Notes under the pieces: generated by a model
What the model saw: the letters and a program-made list of their open reading frames with translations, nothing else
Databases searched by the model: none
Told to the model about the DNA's origin: nothing
Translations under genes and position numbers: made by a program
Shown here: positions 46,432 through 59,889 of the stretch, one piece after another
Layout: each line of letters opens with the position of its first letter
Numbering within the stretch: position 1 is the stretch's first letter
NCBI GenBank assembly: GCA_964016885.1
Contig: OZ024741.1
Span: 75,764,001 to 75,828,000, forward strand
Source: Eledone cirrhosa
Taxonomy: Eukaryota
DNA length: 64,000 nt
Direction: 5' to 3'

Positions 46432-49400
46432 CCATGAGGAAGGCTCCAGAATCCTGGAATTCTGTGACGCAAATAACCTAACTATCTGTAACACTAACTT
46501 CAAAAAACGAGACAATCACTTGATCACCTACAGATCAGAGGAACACACCAACCAAGTAGATTATATCCTTACCAGAAGACGTGACAGAGTGTCTGTTGTA
46601 AACACTAAATCCCTCCCCCATGAAGAATGCACCTCTCAACATAGACTCATAATTAGTGACCTCATAGTCAGGACGAGACGTACTCGACAAAAGAAGAGGA
46701 CTATCCTCAGGAGAAAAATATGGAAGCTAAAGGACCCCACAACCAGTAATAAATTTAAAAGCACATTACTTCATGCTTTTGATAGTAAGGAAGAGCAATT
46801 AGAGTCATACAATATAGAGGAACAGTGGGAATTCCTGAAAGCTAACCTGCTGGAGGCGACAGATGAAATCTGTGGCTGGAGCAGACCTATAGGCAGGAGG
46901 AGAGTAACTTGGTGGTGGAACAGTAAGGTGGAGGAGTCAATCAAGGCCAAAAAGCAGGCTTGGAAAGCATGGCGGGATGAGGGAAGTAGAGAAGACTATC
47001 AAGTGGCCAGGAGGGAAGCTAGGAGACAAGTGTACTTCGAAAGAAGGGAAGCAGAGGAAAGAAAGTTCAAGCATGTTCTACAACGCGAGGACCAAAAACG
47101 TGACGTGTTCGGGATTGCTAGGCAATGTGTCAAGGAAAACTGTGATATTGTCGGGGAGAAGTGTGTCCTTAATGATGATGGTAAACTTGCCATCACTGAC
47201 GCTGATAAGAAGGTAGCTTGGAAGTGTCACTACGAAAGGCTACTAAATGAGGAGAATAATTGGGAGAAAGACAGTCTCCCCCACATCGATCCAATAGAGG
47301 GACCAGCAGTGCAAGTTGAAGGTAGTATAATAAGTAAGGCGATCAAAGACATGAAGACAGGCAAGATGGCTGGGCCTTCGGAAATAGTTGCTGAAATGCT
47401 GAAAGCATCTGGAACGGTGGGACACACTATGGTCACCCGGATAGTAAACCAAGTCATACAGAATGGGGTCGTTCCGAAGGACTGGCGTAGCATCATCATC
47501 ATTAACTGCTACAAGAGTAAAGGAGATGCCCTAGATAGGGGAAACTATAGAGGCATTAAATTAATTGACCAGGTCATGAAGGTCACAGAAAAAGTAATAG
47601 CGCAACTAATCAGAAAGAAGTAGTGGGATCACAGGTAAGCTAACTAAGAACATAGATTTTACATGTGGCCGGTGCTCTGGTGCAATAAGTAGCAGCAAGT
47701 GCCCACAAAATACTAGCTCTTTCAATTGCGCAGAGGGTTCTATAGAAATAGTGGACAGCTTCCGTTACCTGGGTGACAAAATCAGCAGTGGGGGAGGGTG
47801 CTCTGAAAGTACAGTAGCTAGAGTCAGAACTGGATGGAAAAAGTTCAGAGAGCTTATACCACTATTAGCCGCTAAAGGGTTCTCCCTAAAAATGAAAGGC
47901 AGGTTGTATGATGCCTGCATACGAACAGCAATGTTGCATGGCAGTGAGACCTGGGCATTGTGTGCAGAGGATATACGCAGACTAGAGAGGAACGAAGCTT
48001 GCATGCTCCGCTGGATGTGTAATAGTAATATACGTGAACGGCAAAGCATAAACGAACTAAGGGAAAAATTAGAAATAAGAGGGATCAGATGTTGTTTACT
48101 CGAGAGAAGGCTACGTTGGTATGGTCACGTGATGCGCATGAAAGACGACAGCTGTATAAAAAAGTGCAGGGCAATAAAGATAGACGGTAGCCACGGAGTA
48201 GGCAGACCCAGAAAAACCTGGGACGAGCTGATAAATTCCGTCCTCACACACTTACACCTCTCCAAGACAATGTCACTGGACCGAGATCTTTGGCGGTACT
48301 CAGTAATAGAGAAGACCCGCCTTACCTAAATACAGAGTAAAACCTACTACAGTCAGTAGGCATCTCTAACAAAATACACCCCCGTCCCACCATCCCCACC
48401 CCATCCACACCGCCCCTTTCAATGTAAAGTTATGTTGGTGCCACAACATCCAGGCCGAAACAAATGAGATCGTGTAGGTGTCACGACAAAAAAACACACA
48501 GTCCACGCTGTAATGTGGCCGAGTAGGCAACACGGTAAAAACCTCCCAGCCCCACACTGTAAATGTGGTTGGTGTTAGGAAGGGCATCCAGCTGTAGAAA
48601 ACCCGCCAGACAGTCCTATGCGAGCAATGACAACCACTCTTGCCTCAAGTGGGAAAACTCCCGTCCAAACCCAAGCAAGCGTGGAACATGGACGTTAAAC
48701 GATGATGATGATGATGATGATGAATCAGAGAGCGAATTGATCTAGATGAAATGCATTTCGGGTTTGTGTCAGGTAAAAGTACAACAGACGCTCTTTTCAT
48801 TGTACGACAACTACAGGAGCAGTACCTAGCTAAAAGTAAACCCCTATACTTAGCTTTTGTCGACTTGGAGAAAGCCTTCGACAGAGTACCCCGTTCCATT
48901 ATCTGGTGGGCTCTTAGAAAACTAGGTGTTGATAAATGACTTGTGAGAGCTATACAAGCCATATATAAAGAAACAGTCAGCAAGGTTAGAATTAACAACG
49001 AATATAGTGAAGAGTTTAGCATAAAAGTTGGTGTTCATCAGGGCTCCGTTCTTAGCCCCCTACTATTTATTATTGCCCTTCAGGCTATAACAGAGGAGTT
49101 CAAGACCGGTTGCCCATGGGAACTCCTATACGCAGATGATCTAATGCTCATAGCTGAATCAATGGCTGAACTAGAGAAGAAATTCCGAACATGGAAGCAT
49201 GGCCTAGAATCAAAAAGCCTTAAAATTAACCTGTCTAAGACTAAAGTTCTAGTTTGTAGGAAGGAAAATAGGGCACCGGTCCCATCTGGGAAATGGCCAT
49301 GCTCAGTGTGTAGGAAAGGAGTAGGCAGAAACTCCATTTTATGTCCCAAATGCAAAGTATGGGTGCATAAAAGATGTAGTGGGATCACAGGTAAGCTAAC

Positions 49401-50450
49401 TAAGAATATAGATTTTATATGTGGCCGGTGCTCAGTTGCAATAAGTAGCAGCAAGTGCCCACAGAATACTAGCTCATTCCATTGCACAGATGGTTCTATA
49501 GAAATAGTGGACACCTTCCGTTACCTGGGTGACAAAATCAGCAGTGGTGGTGAGTGCTCTGAAAGTACCGTAGCTGGAGTCAGAACGGGATGGAAAAAGT
49601 TCAGAGAGCTTATACCACTATTGGCCGTTAAAGGGTTCTCTCTAAAAATGAAAGGCAGGCTGTATGATGCCTGCATACGAACAGCAATGTTACATGGCAG
49701 TGAGACTTGGGCATTGTGTGCAGAGGATATACGCAGACTGGAGAGGAACGAAGCTTGCATGCTCCGTTGGCTGTGTAATAGTAATATACGTGAACGCCAA
49801 AGCATAAATGAACTAAGGGAGAAATTAGGAATAAGAGGGATCAGATGTTGTTTACTCGAGAGAAGACTACGTTGGTATGGTCACGTGATGCGCATGAAAG
49901 ACGACAACTGTATAAAAAAGTGCAGGGCGATAAAAATAGATGGTAGCCACGGAGTAGGCAGACCCAGAAAAACCTGGGATGACTTGATAAATTCCGACCT
50001 CACACACTTACACCTCTCCAAGACAATGTCACTGGACCGAGATCTTTGGCGCTACACGGTAATACAGAAGACCTGCCTTGCCTAAGTACAAAGCGAAACC
50101 TACAGTCAGTAGGCACCTCTAACAAAAATACACCCCCGTCCCACCACCCCACCCCATCCACACCACCCCTTTCGATGTAAAGTTATGTTGGTACCACAAC
50201 ATCCAGTCCGATATAAATGAGGTCATGTAGGTGTCACGACAAAAGACACACAGTCCACGCTGTAATGTGGCCGTGTAGGTAACATGGTAAAAACCTCCCA
50301 GTCCACACTGTAAACGTGGTTGGTGTTAGGAAGGGCATCCAGCCGTAGAAAACCCGCCAGACAGTCCTATACGAGCAAGACAACCAATCTTGCCTCAAGT
50401 GGGAAAATTCCCGTCCAAACCCATGCAAGCGTGGAAGATGGACGTTAAAC

Positions 50451-50509
<59 letters not shown>

Positions 50510-50510
50510 C
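46432..50510 (+). mobile_element. RTE LINE (part of EN + RT + PHD-type finger + 3' UTR and (GAT)n tail), interrupted by a nested RTE
   Basis: 46432-47617 ends AQLIRK and 48723 resumes IRERIDLDEM; ORF 48943-50085; tail at 50451-50509. Confidence 0.9.
47618..48722 (+). mobile_element. Nested 5'-truncated RTE copy
   Basis: Flanked by aatcagaaag (47608-47617) and aatcagagag (48723-48732); has its own (GAT)n tail. Confidence 0.85.
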
Positions 50511-51319
50511 CCAGCCATAGAAAACTAAGCCAGAAAGTGAAAGAAAAAATAAAGAAAAACATGGTCATCTGATCTGTCTGACTTCATACAATAACAGTCA
50601 TCTAATCTATTCAAGCATTGAAAATTGACATTAAATAGTGATGATGTCATCATCATCATCATCATCATTTAACGACTGTTTTTCTTGCTAGCAAGGGTTG
50701 GATGTATCATCATAAACTCAATCTATACTCAAGTGAGGCTATTGGACCGGGTGCCTGTGTCTTGCTTACATAGAATCTTGCACTCTACTGAGTGCTTAGA
50801 CGGGCCATATGTGTGTTTGTGTGTGTTCAGGGAAGGGGGAAGAATGAAAGTGATTACATTTATGATATGCACAAATTAACAATGATTATTTATAAAGATA
50901 AAGAAAACTTATTTAACTACTTACCACCAATGAGAAAATAGAAACATAGCAAATATTTCATTGTGTAACTTTGTGTAATATCAGCATCTGGTCATATAAT
51001 GGTAACATGTATGAAAACATGTCTTATATAAATAAGCAAGATGTAACAGTTGTTTGCCCCAACTCAAGGAATATATATAAATTAGCTCTATATGATGTAG
51101 TATGACAGTTTATTGCCACATATTTTCTAATTTGGATGACATATTGAAAAGTATTTTTATTTGACATGTCGAAATATGTTTTCAGTGCAGTGAATTTGCA
51201 AAGTTGTCAGGTCGTTGGTTTGCTTGGGAGCCATGAAATCTTATCCTACGTTTACATCTGCAAGTGCAACAAATTGTCAGTTATTACGCTATCAGATTAA
51301 ATGCCTTTGTATTTGGTTT

Positions 51320-51400
51320 GGCTCTCCGTGTTCTGAGTTCAAATTCCACTGAGTCAACTTTACCTTTCAACCTTTATGAGTTGATAAACAAAGTACAAGT
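51320..51400 (+). mobile_element. SINE central-domain fragment (similar copies at about 56250-56370 and 61770-61862)
   Basis: gagttcaaattcc...ctttgcctttcatcc...gtcgataaaataaagtaccagt consensus; resembles MetaSINE-type domains from memory. Confidence 0.55.
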
Positions 51401-51556
51401 ACAGAAGAAGTGGATTGGTGGAATTGTTGCAGAGTTAGATGGGATCCTTTATGGTAGTTGATTTAGCTGTGTGTGTTCTGAGTTTAGATCCTGCCTTCTT
51501 CTGCCATGATTTGAAGGAAAGACAGATAGAAATATTGTTTCTTGATCCAATCAGTT

Positions 51557-54500
51557 CTCTCTTTTGACACCTTCCTTTCAGATTGACAACACAGGACACG
51601 AGCATGTTAACTTCTCTCTAACCACACATTATGGACCTGGAATACTTAATATGCAGAAGAATATTTACTAACCACAATTGTAACATGAATCACCAATAAA
51701 ATGAAGATTTAAATTTGATACTCGTTTTGAGATATTGCCTGCGTTTTTATCATTACCTTTGTGTTGAGAAATTAACTCTCACTCGACATGGTGTTAAGTG
51801 GAATCTCTTATCTTTCCTTAAAAACTTAGTAGTTAGATTCCGGTGGTATTTACTCGAGTGAATAACTCCGGGTCTAGCAGCACACTAAAATGGTGACCCG
51901 ACGTAAAGAAAGCTAGAAAAAAAGGAAACACCAACGAAAGAGATGATAATTTCCGGATACGCATAAAGAAAAAAAAAAATTTCTATTCCCCACTCATGTG
52001 GTGACAACGTTCAAATGCTTCTAACTTGGCTGTTTATACTTTCACAATATCTTACTACGAACCATTCATTAAATTGGACTCTTTCATTTTTTAACATGAT
52101 ATTTCTTTTTCTGAAAATTACACCTCGTGTCTTTCTCGTTCAACCAAGCTTTTGTTTAAGACCAACAACCAATATGGTGACTGCTGCCTTCCTCTTTCAT
52201 TTTCGAGCAGCCATCTTGTCTTCTTCGTTTCGTCATTTTCCCGCGCAGTGGATTTTACCAACACACTCATTGCTATTCATCTCAAAGAATAGTTCGGCCA
52301 CGAGCTACTTTATTAATGCCAGTAAAAAAATTGCAACACCTTGCGTTGTAAATTGACGTCACTTGCTGGGCATTTTTATACACGTTCGTTCTGCGGTCAG
52401 CTACTTAAAAGAAACTTATCTGGATCTCATCTCACAGTATACCAGTGACATTCGTCACATAGCTGGAACTTCCAACATACCTGCGGATGCACTATCTCGA
52501 TTTTCTGTGTGTTCTCTTGCGTCTCCTGCACATATCGATTTAGTTGCCATTGCAACTGACCAACCTACTTTGGATTCGCTGGACATTTCCTCTGACCAGT
52601 TCTCCTGCTGCAAATTGGAATATTTACCTCTTCCATCTTCTGAAAGGAAAAATTCTCCGTGATATTTCTACTGGCTCACCCAGACCACTTGTTCCAGATT
52701 GTTATCAGTGTACCGTTTTTGATGCACTTCATTCCTTGTCACATCCTGGTATAGCTGCCACGGTGAAGCTTATTGCGGCTCAATTCTTCTGGCCTAATAT
52801 GCATCGTTTAATCACCAGTTGGGCACGTTCTTGCTTGAAGTGTCAGCGCTCTAAGATTCATCGGCATGTCCGTGCTCCTCTTGGGAAATTCAGCCCGCCA
52901 GGCGCACGTTTCCATTATATACACATGGATATTGTTGGTCCATGGCCCATTAGTCATGGATTCACATACATATTGACTTGCATCGATCGTTTCTCTCGGT
53001 GGCCTGAAGCCATACCCCTCATGGACATAACAGCAGAGTCCGTTGACCGAGCTTTCATTTCCAATTGGATTGCTCGTTTCGGTGTTCCTACTAAAATAAC
53101 TACGGATCGTGGACGCCAATTTGAGTCTTCCTTATTTCGTGAAATATCACGGCTCTTGAGTGCTCATCACATCCATACGACTAGCTATCACCCAGCCTCC
53201 AATGGAATGATTGAGAGGTTTCATAGACAGTTGAAGGCTGCACTTCGCGCTACTCCTGATCCACAACGTCGGACTGAATTTTTGCCTATTATGCTTCTTG
53301 GTTGTCGTGCTGCCATTAAGACAGATTTAGGTTTTTCTTCTGCTGAACTTCTTATGGTACCACATAAATGTTAGCACCAGTGGATTCATCACATCTTGAC
53401 CCAGCATCATATGTCACCAGGATTCGTTCGTATTTCTCGGATCTTCCACTGATGAACCTTTGTGACCAATCTATTTCTTCTGCTGTCCCATCGGACATCT
53501 CTACGTGGACACACATTTTCATACAGAATGATTCCGTCAAGGGACCTCTTACGTCACCTTATAATGGACCTTTTCGTGTGCTTTCGCACACATCCAAACA
53601 TTTCACAGTGGCTGTCAATGGTCGAAAAGAGACAATATCCATTGACAGAGCAAAAAAGGTTTTCTCCGAAAGTCTCATCACACTGCCTGATACACCTCAT
53701 ACATACACTCCTACACCAACACTTTCACCTCCACCACATACCACACAACTTTATGTCACACGAGGTAGCAGGACAGTAAAATGGCCATGAAAACTCTCAA
53801 AAACAATATACATTTAAACCCCAGTGCCATTAACATACCTCTTCTTTTTCAGTTTTCAGATAGAACTAGTGTCAGAAAAGTCTGTACATTAGTGATGCAT
53901 GAATTATTTGGCTTTGAAAAACATTGATTTTACCATTGAGCATCAATATTCTCTGCTCCTTGTATGACTATGATTTATCATGTGTTACATTCAAACATTC
54001 TTTGTAAAAATGCATTACTTGTTTTATGCTCATTTTGCTATTTGCTTGCTCATGTTTTATTCATTCATGTTCTTGTACCTTTTGTTTTGCTCCTCACGTT
54101 CTCGCTACAATGATTTCATTTGGTCATTCAACTTCTCGTCTGAGAGGGGAGTCTTGTAGCGCTCTCTAGACAAGGGAAGTAGCTAGAGTTACTTCCCGTC
54201 GAAATTCTAGAACCTTCTTGTAACTTCCGGTAAAAGGATATAAATAGTGTCAACCAAAATCAATTTTCCTCTTTTCACCTTTTGGCTGCCTGGCCTTGGG
54301 CCAGGCGTGGTTACGCCAAAGGTATACTCTCTTTTGGCGCCTTCCTTTCGGATTGACAACACAGGACACAAGCATGTTAACTTCTCTCTAACCACACATT
54401 ATGGACCTGGAATACTTAATATGCAGAAGAATATTTACTAACCACAATTGTAACATGAAGCACCAATAAAATGAAGATTTAAATTTGATACTCGTTTTGA

Positions 54501-54659
54501 GATATTGCCTGCGTTTTTATCATTACCTTTGTGTTGAGAAATTAACTCTCACTCGACATGGTGTTAAGTGAAATCTCTTATCTTTCCTTAAAAACTTAGT
54601 AGTTAGATTCCGGTGGTATTTACTCGAGTGAATAACTCCGGGTCTAGCAGCACACTAAA
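51557..54659 (+). mobile_element. Ty3/Gypsy LTR retrotransposon, internally deleted
   Basis: 5' LTR remnant 51557-51889 matches 54327-54659; PBS TGGTGACCCGACGT (tRNA-Trp-like) at 51891; PPT gagagggga before TG at 54155. Confidence 0.9.
52363..53790 (+). pseudogene. Gypsy pol remnant: RNase H end and integrase (HHCC, DDE, GPF), frameshifted
   Basis: NIPADALSR; HSLSHPG...CLKC; [23 protein letters not shown]; YNGPFRV. Confidence 0.9.
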
Positions 54660-55199
54660 CTTTCTTTTAAGTCAATTTAAAATGTCTGTTATTTTCCTTT
54701 CTTATATTTATGGAGACAGTATAGGGAAGGAGGAGTCTTCAGTCTTACTGAGTATATGACAACCTAGTACTGCTGCTACAATAAAATGTTTAAAGTATTA
54801 GTGTTTTTGCCATGATACAAAAGCACTCAGTACACTCTGTAACATGATAGTGCTAGTGTCACAATAAAATGAACTCAGTACACCATGTAAAATGGTTGGC
54901 ATTAGAAAGGGCATCCTGCTGTAGAAAAACCATGCCGAAATATGGAACATATGAGCAAGATGTAGTCTCTATACACTACATAATCTCAGATTGTGACAAC
55001 CTGTCCCACTCATATCAGCATGGAAAATAGATGTTAAATGATGAGGGTGGTGATGGTGGTGATGATGACGATGATGATTGGGGGGAGGGGGGTTACTTGT
55101 GACTAAGAATTGTATGTTGTGTGTATGACTCTTGATCCACACATATGTCTATAGAAGACAAAAAGAGAAATGACAATATATAAAACTTAACTTTAAATA

Positions 55200-56125
55200 G
55201 ATTTGAACTTACACCTTGCTAGGTGTAAGCCACTACACCTAGCTTTTGTTAATCTGGAAAAGGCCTTTGACAGAGTTCCATGGTCTGTCATCTGGTGGTT
55301 CTTAAGGAAACTTGGTGTAGATGAGTGGCTTGTGAGAGTAATGCAAGCCATGTGCAGAGATACTGTCAGTAATGTAAGGAATTTAGTGAGGAATTCAATG
55401 TGCAAGTGGGTGTTCATCAAGGCTCAGTCCTCAGTCCACTCCTGTTTATTTTAGTCCTTTGCTGGTAGATGCACAGAAATAGAGGGTAGTAAGAATAGCA
55501 ATAAACTAAACCGTTTACAATCCAATGAGGGTACCATAGAAGTAGTTGATAGTTTCTGTTACTTGGGTGACCTAATTAGCAGAAGAAGGGATTGCTCTGA
55601 AAGCATAGAAACTAGAATAAGAACAGACTGGAAAAGGTTTAGACAGCTACTATCTCTGTTGAAAACAAAGGGATTTTCTCTATAAGCAAAGGGTAGATTG
55701 TATGATATCTGCATGAGAAATGCAATGTTGCATAGCAGTAAGACATAGGCAGTAAATGCAGAGGTTATACAGAGGCCGCAGGAATCTGAAGCAAGCATGC
55801 ACCATTGACTAAACTGAGAAAAACCAGATATAAGGGGAATCAGATGTAATGTGCATGAGAGAAGATGTTGCTAGTATGAACATGTGATGTATATGGATGA
55901 TGGTCACTGGGGAAAAAAAGGCAAGGAGATGCTAGTGAAAGGAAGCTACAGTAAAGAAAGACTGAGAAAAACCTGACAGAGACTGTTAAAGCTGATCTCA
56001 AAATGCTGAATCTCACAGTGGTGTTGATGAAGGAATGCTACAGGAGGAGAAAGGTTGTACTGGAGAAGATCTGTCTAACCCATGCAAGCATGAAAAAACT
56101 GATGTAAAATGATGATGAGGATGAT
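55200..56125 (+). mobile_element. Old degenerate RTE LINE
   Basis: LAFVNLEKAFDRVP, FCYLG and other fragments with many stops; (GAT)-like tail. Confidence 0.85.
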
Positions 56126-56845
56126 AGATCAACTGCTCTGCCACAGCTAGCTTGCCTTTACCAAACATAAAAAGGACATTTCGATATGTTACAATATATC
56201 AGGTAGAGGGTCGGATGCCATGCTTTCCAGCATAGAGTTACGCCTCTTTATGGTCTGAATTCAAATCCCACCGAGGTTAACTTTGCCTTTCCTCCTTATG
56301 AGGTTGATAAAATAAAGTACCAGTAATGCATTGTGATAATTGCTGGCCTTGTGCCAAAAGTAGAAAAAATTATTATTCTTAATAAGATTTGCATAAGTGT
56401 CATGTTACTTGAAACCATAAGTATATGTCAATCACTTTCAGAAGAATAAAACAACTCTGTAGCTAACTAACCATTTATTACATATAGACACGTACATATA
56501 AAAGATATTTTATGTATCCCACCATGTTATGTCAGTTTGTTATTATGTAATCCTATTTTTCCCTTATTTTTTCTCATCTATCCACATTTTCCTCTATTCT
56601 TTTCTTATTTTCCAAAGAAGGATGTAATTTGAAACATTATCATTAATTCCTTTTCACAACTTAACTTTTAATTTTTATTATATCCCATCTTGTTATTGTG
56701 TTTTAGTTGTATATACATATATGTGTATATATAGACCCGTCCAAACCCATGCAAGCATGGAAGATGGACGTTAAACGATGATGATATATATAAATATATA
56801 TATATACATATGTACACATATATACATATATACATATATATATAT

Positions 56846-56889
<44 letters not shown>

Positions 56890-57559
56890 GGCTTTTAATG
56901 GATACAGTTTAGTTAAAAGGAATTTATTGACACGTGTTTCTATAACAGTTACATAACCTGAAAACAGCTGCTATCTACAAAGTATTAGTTATGCAGACAT
57001 TCAATATTTCAATGTTATTATCAACTGTCATTTCATCGGAATAATTTTACTGAGGACCTGTTTGGTTTTTATAGAGAATATTAGGAGGGAGGGGTGAAGT
57101 TGTTAGAAGAATAGTTGAGGGAGTGATTTTTTGATAGCAGTGAGAATTTTTGGTGGCAGTGAGTAATTAGATTCCCATCTGTTGTTTTGACATTTTTATA
57201 GAATATATTATTGGTTATTTTTCTAAATCTATAGGAGAATTAGAGATAGTAAAGATATGCGTGGTTGGTTTTGTGTTTGCACTTAATTAACATTCAGACT
57301 TAAATTTTTCTTTCAAGTGTACGTATCCTTTCGCCCACGCATTCACACACAAACATATATGCACACCTCTACAAAATACATATACTCATATACACATACT
57401 TACATGCTCATACTTACATACATATACACATGCATACATATATATATACACATATATACATGTACATACATACGCGTTCATGTGTATACATTTTCATACT
57501 CAACTTATCTTTATATACACACGTATAGACACACACATATATACACACATACTCCAGTC

Positions 57560-57597
<38 letters not shown>

Positions 57598-57604
<7 letters not shown>

Positions 57605-57978
57605 GTGAGGTTTTTTTTACAAAATGAAAAATAACCGAGGTGTCCTACACGAGTGGAAGTATAAAGAAAAAGGGATGAAATCGAAAATGCAACTGAAGTC
57701 TTATTTTTTTTTTAAATATATATATTTATTTGGTTCCTTTACCGGTTTCGCAGTTCTTCTGCTTTTCAAAAGGTGAGTTGAGATGGAGGGTCTGTGGTTT
57801 TTCTCACATCTGTGGTTTTTCTCACAGATGTGAGAAAAACCACAGACCCTCCATCTCAACTCACCTTTTGAAAAGCAGAAGAACTGCGAAACCGGTAAAG
57901 GAACCAAATAAATATATATATTTTGTTTTAAAATAAGACTTCAGTTGCATTTTCGATTTCATCCCTTTTTCTTTATAT
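57598..57978. mobile_element. Fold-back element with opposing U3-A8 HHRs at 57736-57773 (minus) and 57864-57901 (plus)
   Basis: 57660-57812 is inverted at 57825-57977. Confidence 0.85.
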
Positions 57979-57979
57979 C

Positions 57980-58040
<61 letters not shown>

Positions 58041-58315
58041 ACTGTAATACATGAATGCACTTACATCTAACTATACACATCAAACATATATATATATTTA
58101 CTTATTTATATACATTTTCACATATATATACATACTTATGGTCGCTTTTAGACACATTCATTATAGCATATTTGCACCTATTCTCATCAGCATATCTTTC
58201 CATTATTAGTGTGGTAATTTAAGGTTATTAATATACATATATATGTTGAGAAGAGATTGTTTTTATATTTTTCTAACTAGATTGAGGTTTATATAGTTGG
58301 GGGGATGTCCCTCTT

Positions 58316-59447
58316 TTATGTAATATTCAGCTTGTAGTGGGAAAAAAGGGTTTTAGTTCGGTGACGGCAGAATAATGTTCGTTCAATTCTGTTATTCAGC
58401 AATTTCCTCTTGTGTGTGATTATGTAATAGATCTCAAGATTACACAATTTGCAGAAATTTTGGCTCCTGGAAAAGCTTTGGGTTTTAGCTAATTTCTCCC
58501 ATTTTAGGGTAAACTTTTGATTGCTATCCCTGAGCGTCCAAGCTTTTTCTGCTAAAGTTGTTACATTTCTTTGGATCTGGTGTTTTATTGAGTAAGAATG
58601 CCTATATAATCGAGATTTAAACGATGTTGCCGTTGATCCCACATAATACCACTCGTTGCCTCCGGATTCAATGGTACACTTATAGATGATATTTTTTTCC
58701 AGGCAGTTATTGCCGAGTGGGCAGTTGTCAGGATAGGTGCAGTTACAGTTGTGTACGTTGGGTTTTCTCTGGAGTAGTATTGCGGACGAACTTAGGTGTG
58801 GTTTATTTATGTTCTGTAGTGTATTGTCTACTGTTTTTTTTGTGTTCTTTGTACTTAAGTTTTTAGTGTTTTCGTTTAACCTTCTAGTATTGATCTTTTT
58901 TATGTGTTGTTCAAGGTTTAACGCTGTAGAGTATGACAGTCTTATAGTGGTAGGGTTTAGGATTTTGTGGTATTTGTGTGATGTAGGAAAATGTCTCTTA
59001 ATTATTTTAAAGAAGAGTACTGGTAAATTTGTACTAATGGAACTATTGTATTCAGGGTTATACCATAAGTACTCTTTGCATCGCTTTCTATTAGTTTTGT
59101 TTGTTGGTTTACTGGTGTGTATACTATGGTAGTAAGTGTGGTTTGGTGTTGTGTTATTATATCTACCTATGTGGGATTTATTTTGGGTGTTTTGATTGTT
59201 CTCATCTATATACTCTATTTTGTTGAGGTAGCCTGCTTTACTAAGGGCGTTATCGTAGTACTCAGCGTGTTCCTTAAATACTTGTATGTTAGAAGATAGA
59301 CCCGAGATTCTAAGGGAAATATTTTTAGGGATAGATTTAATTATAGAGATGGGGTGGTTAGACCCAACATTTACGTACTTGAGATTTTCATTCAATTTAT
59401 GAAACGGTTTAATCAGACCAGAGTTTAAATTGAGTGTGACATCCACA
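58316..59447 (-). mobile_element. PLE 3' fragment (RT thumb region + GIY-YIG), 5'-truncated at (TA)n
   Basis: DVTLNL...SNHP...CNC..CPL..IIYKC..YYVGST..CKLC..LLN..CRHR. Confidence 0.9.
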
Positions 59448-59460
59448 TATATATATATAT

Positions 59461-59793
59461 GCACATGGCTTAGTGGTTAGAGCATTGGCCTTGCAATCGA
59501 AAGGTTGTGAGTTCAATTCTCAGACCGGGTGATGTGTTGTTTCCTTGAGCAAGACACTTTATTTCACATTGCACCAGTTTACTCATCTGTAGAAATGAGA
59601 TGATAGGGACTGGGGTCCCTATCATTCCACTGCAAAGTGGTCGTGGAAGTGCCACGGCAAAAAAGCACCCACCACTCACTGTAAATGAGATTGATGTTAG
59701 GAAGGGCATGCAGCTGTAGAAATCAAGCCAGAATTAGTTCCCGTCCCACCCTTGCAAGCAGGGAAAAAGCGGACGTAAAATGAAATGATGATG
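59461..59793 (+). mobile_element. tRNA-derived SINE with CORE-like middle and RTE-derived 3' end
   Basis: Box A tggcttagtgg (59466), box B gttcaattc (59511), tccttgagcaagacacttta, 3' part similar to 11510-11660, (GAT)n tail. Confidence 0.8.
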
Positions 59794-59825
<32 letters not shown>

Positions 59826-59889
59826 ATGTATGTGTGTGTGTTTATTATCATTTAACGTCTGTTTTCGAGACGGGTCATCACAGACCAAT

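Noticed and set aside
59461-59530. tRNA gene
   Set aside because: Has A and B boxes but no good acceptor stem, and continues into a SINE body and RTE tail
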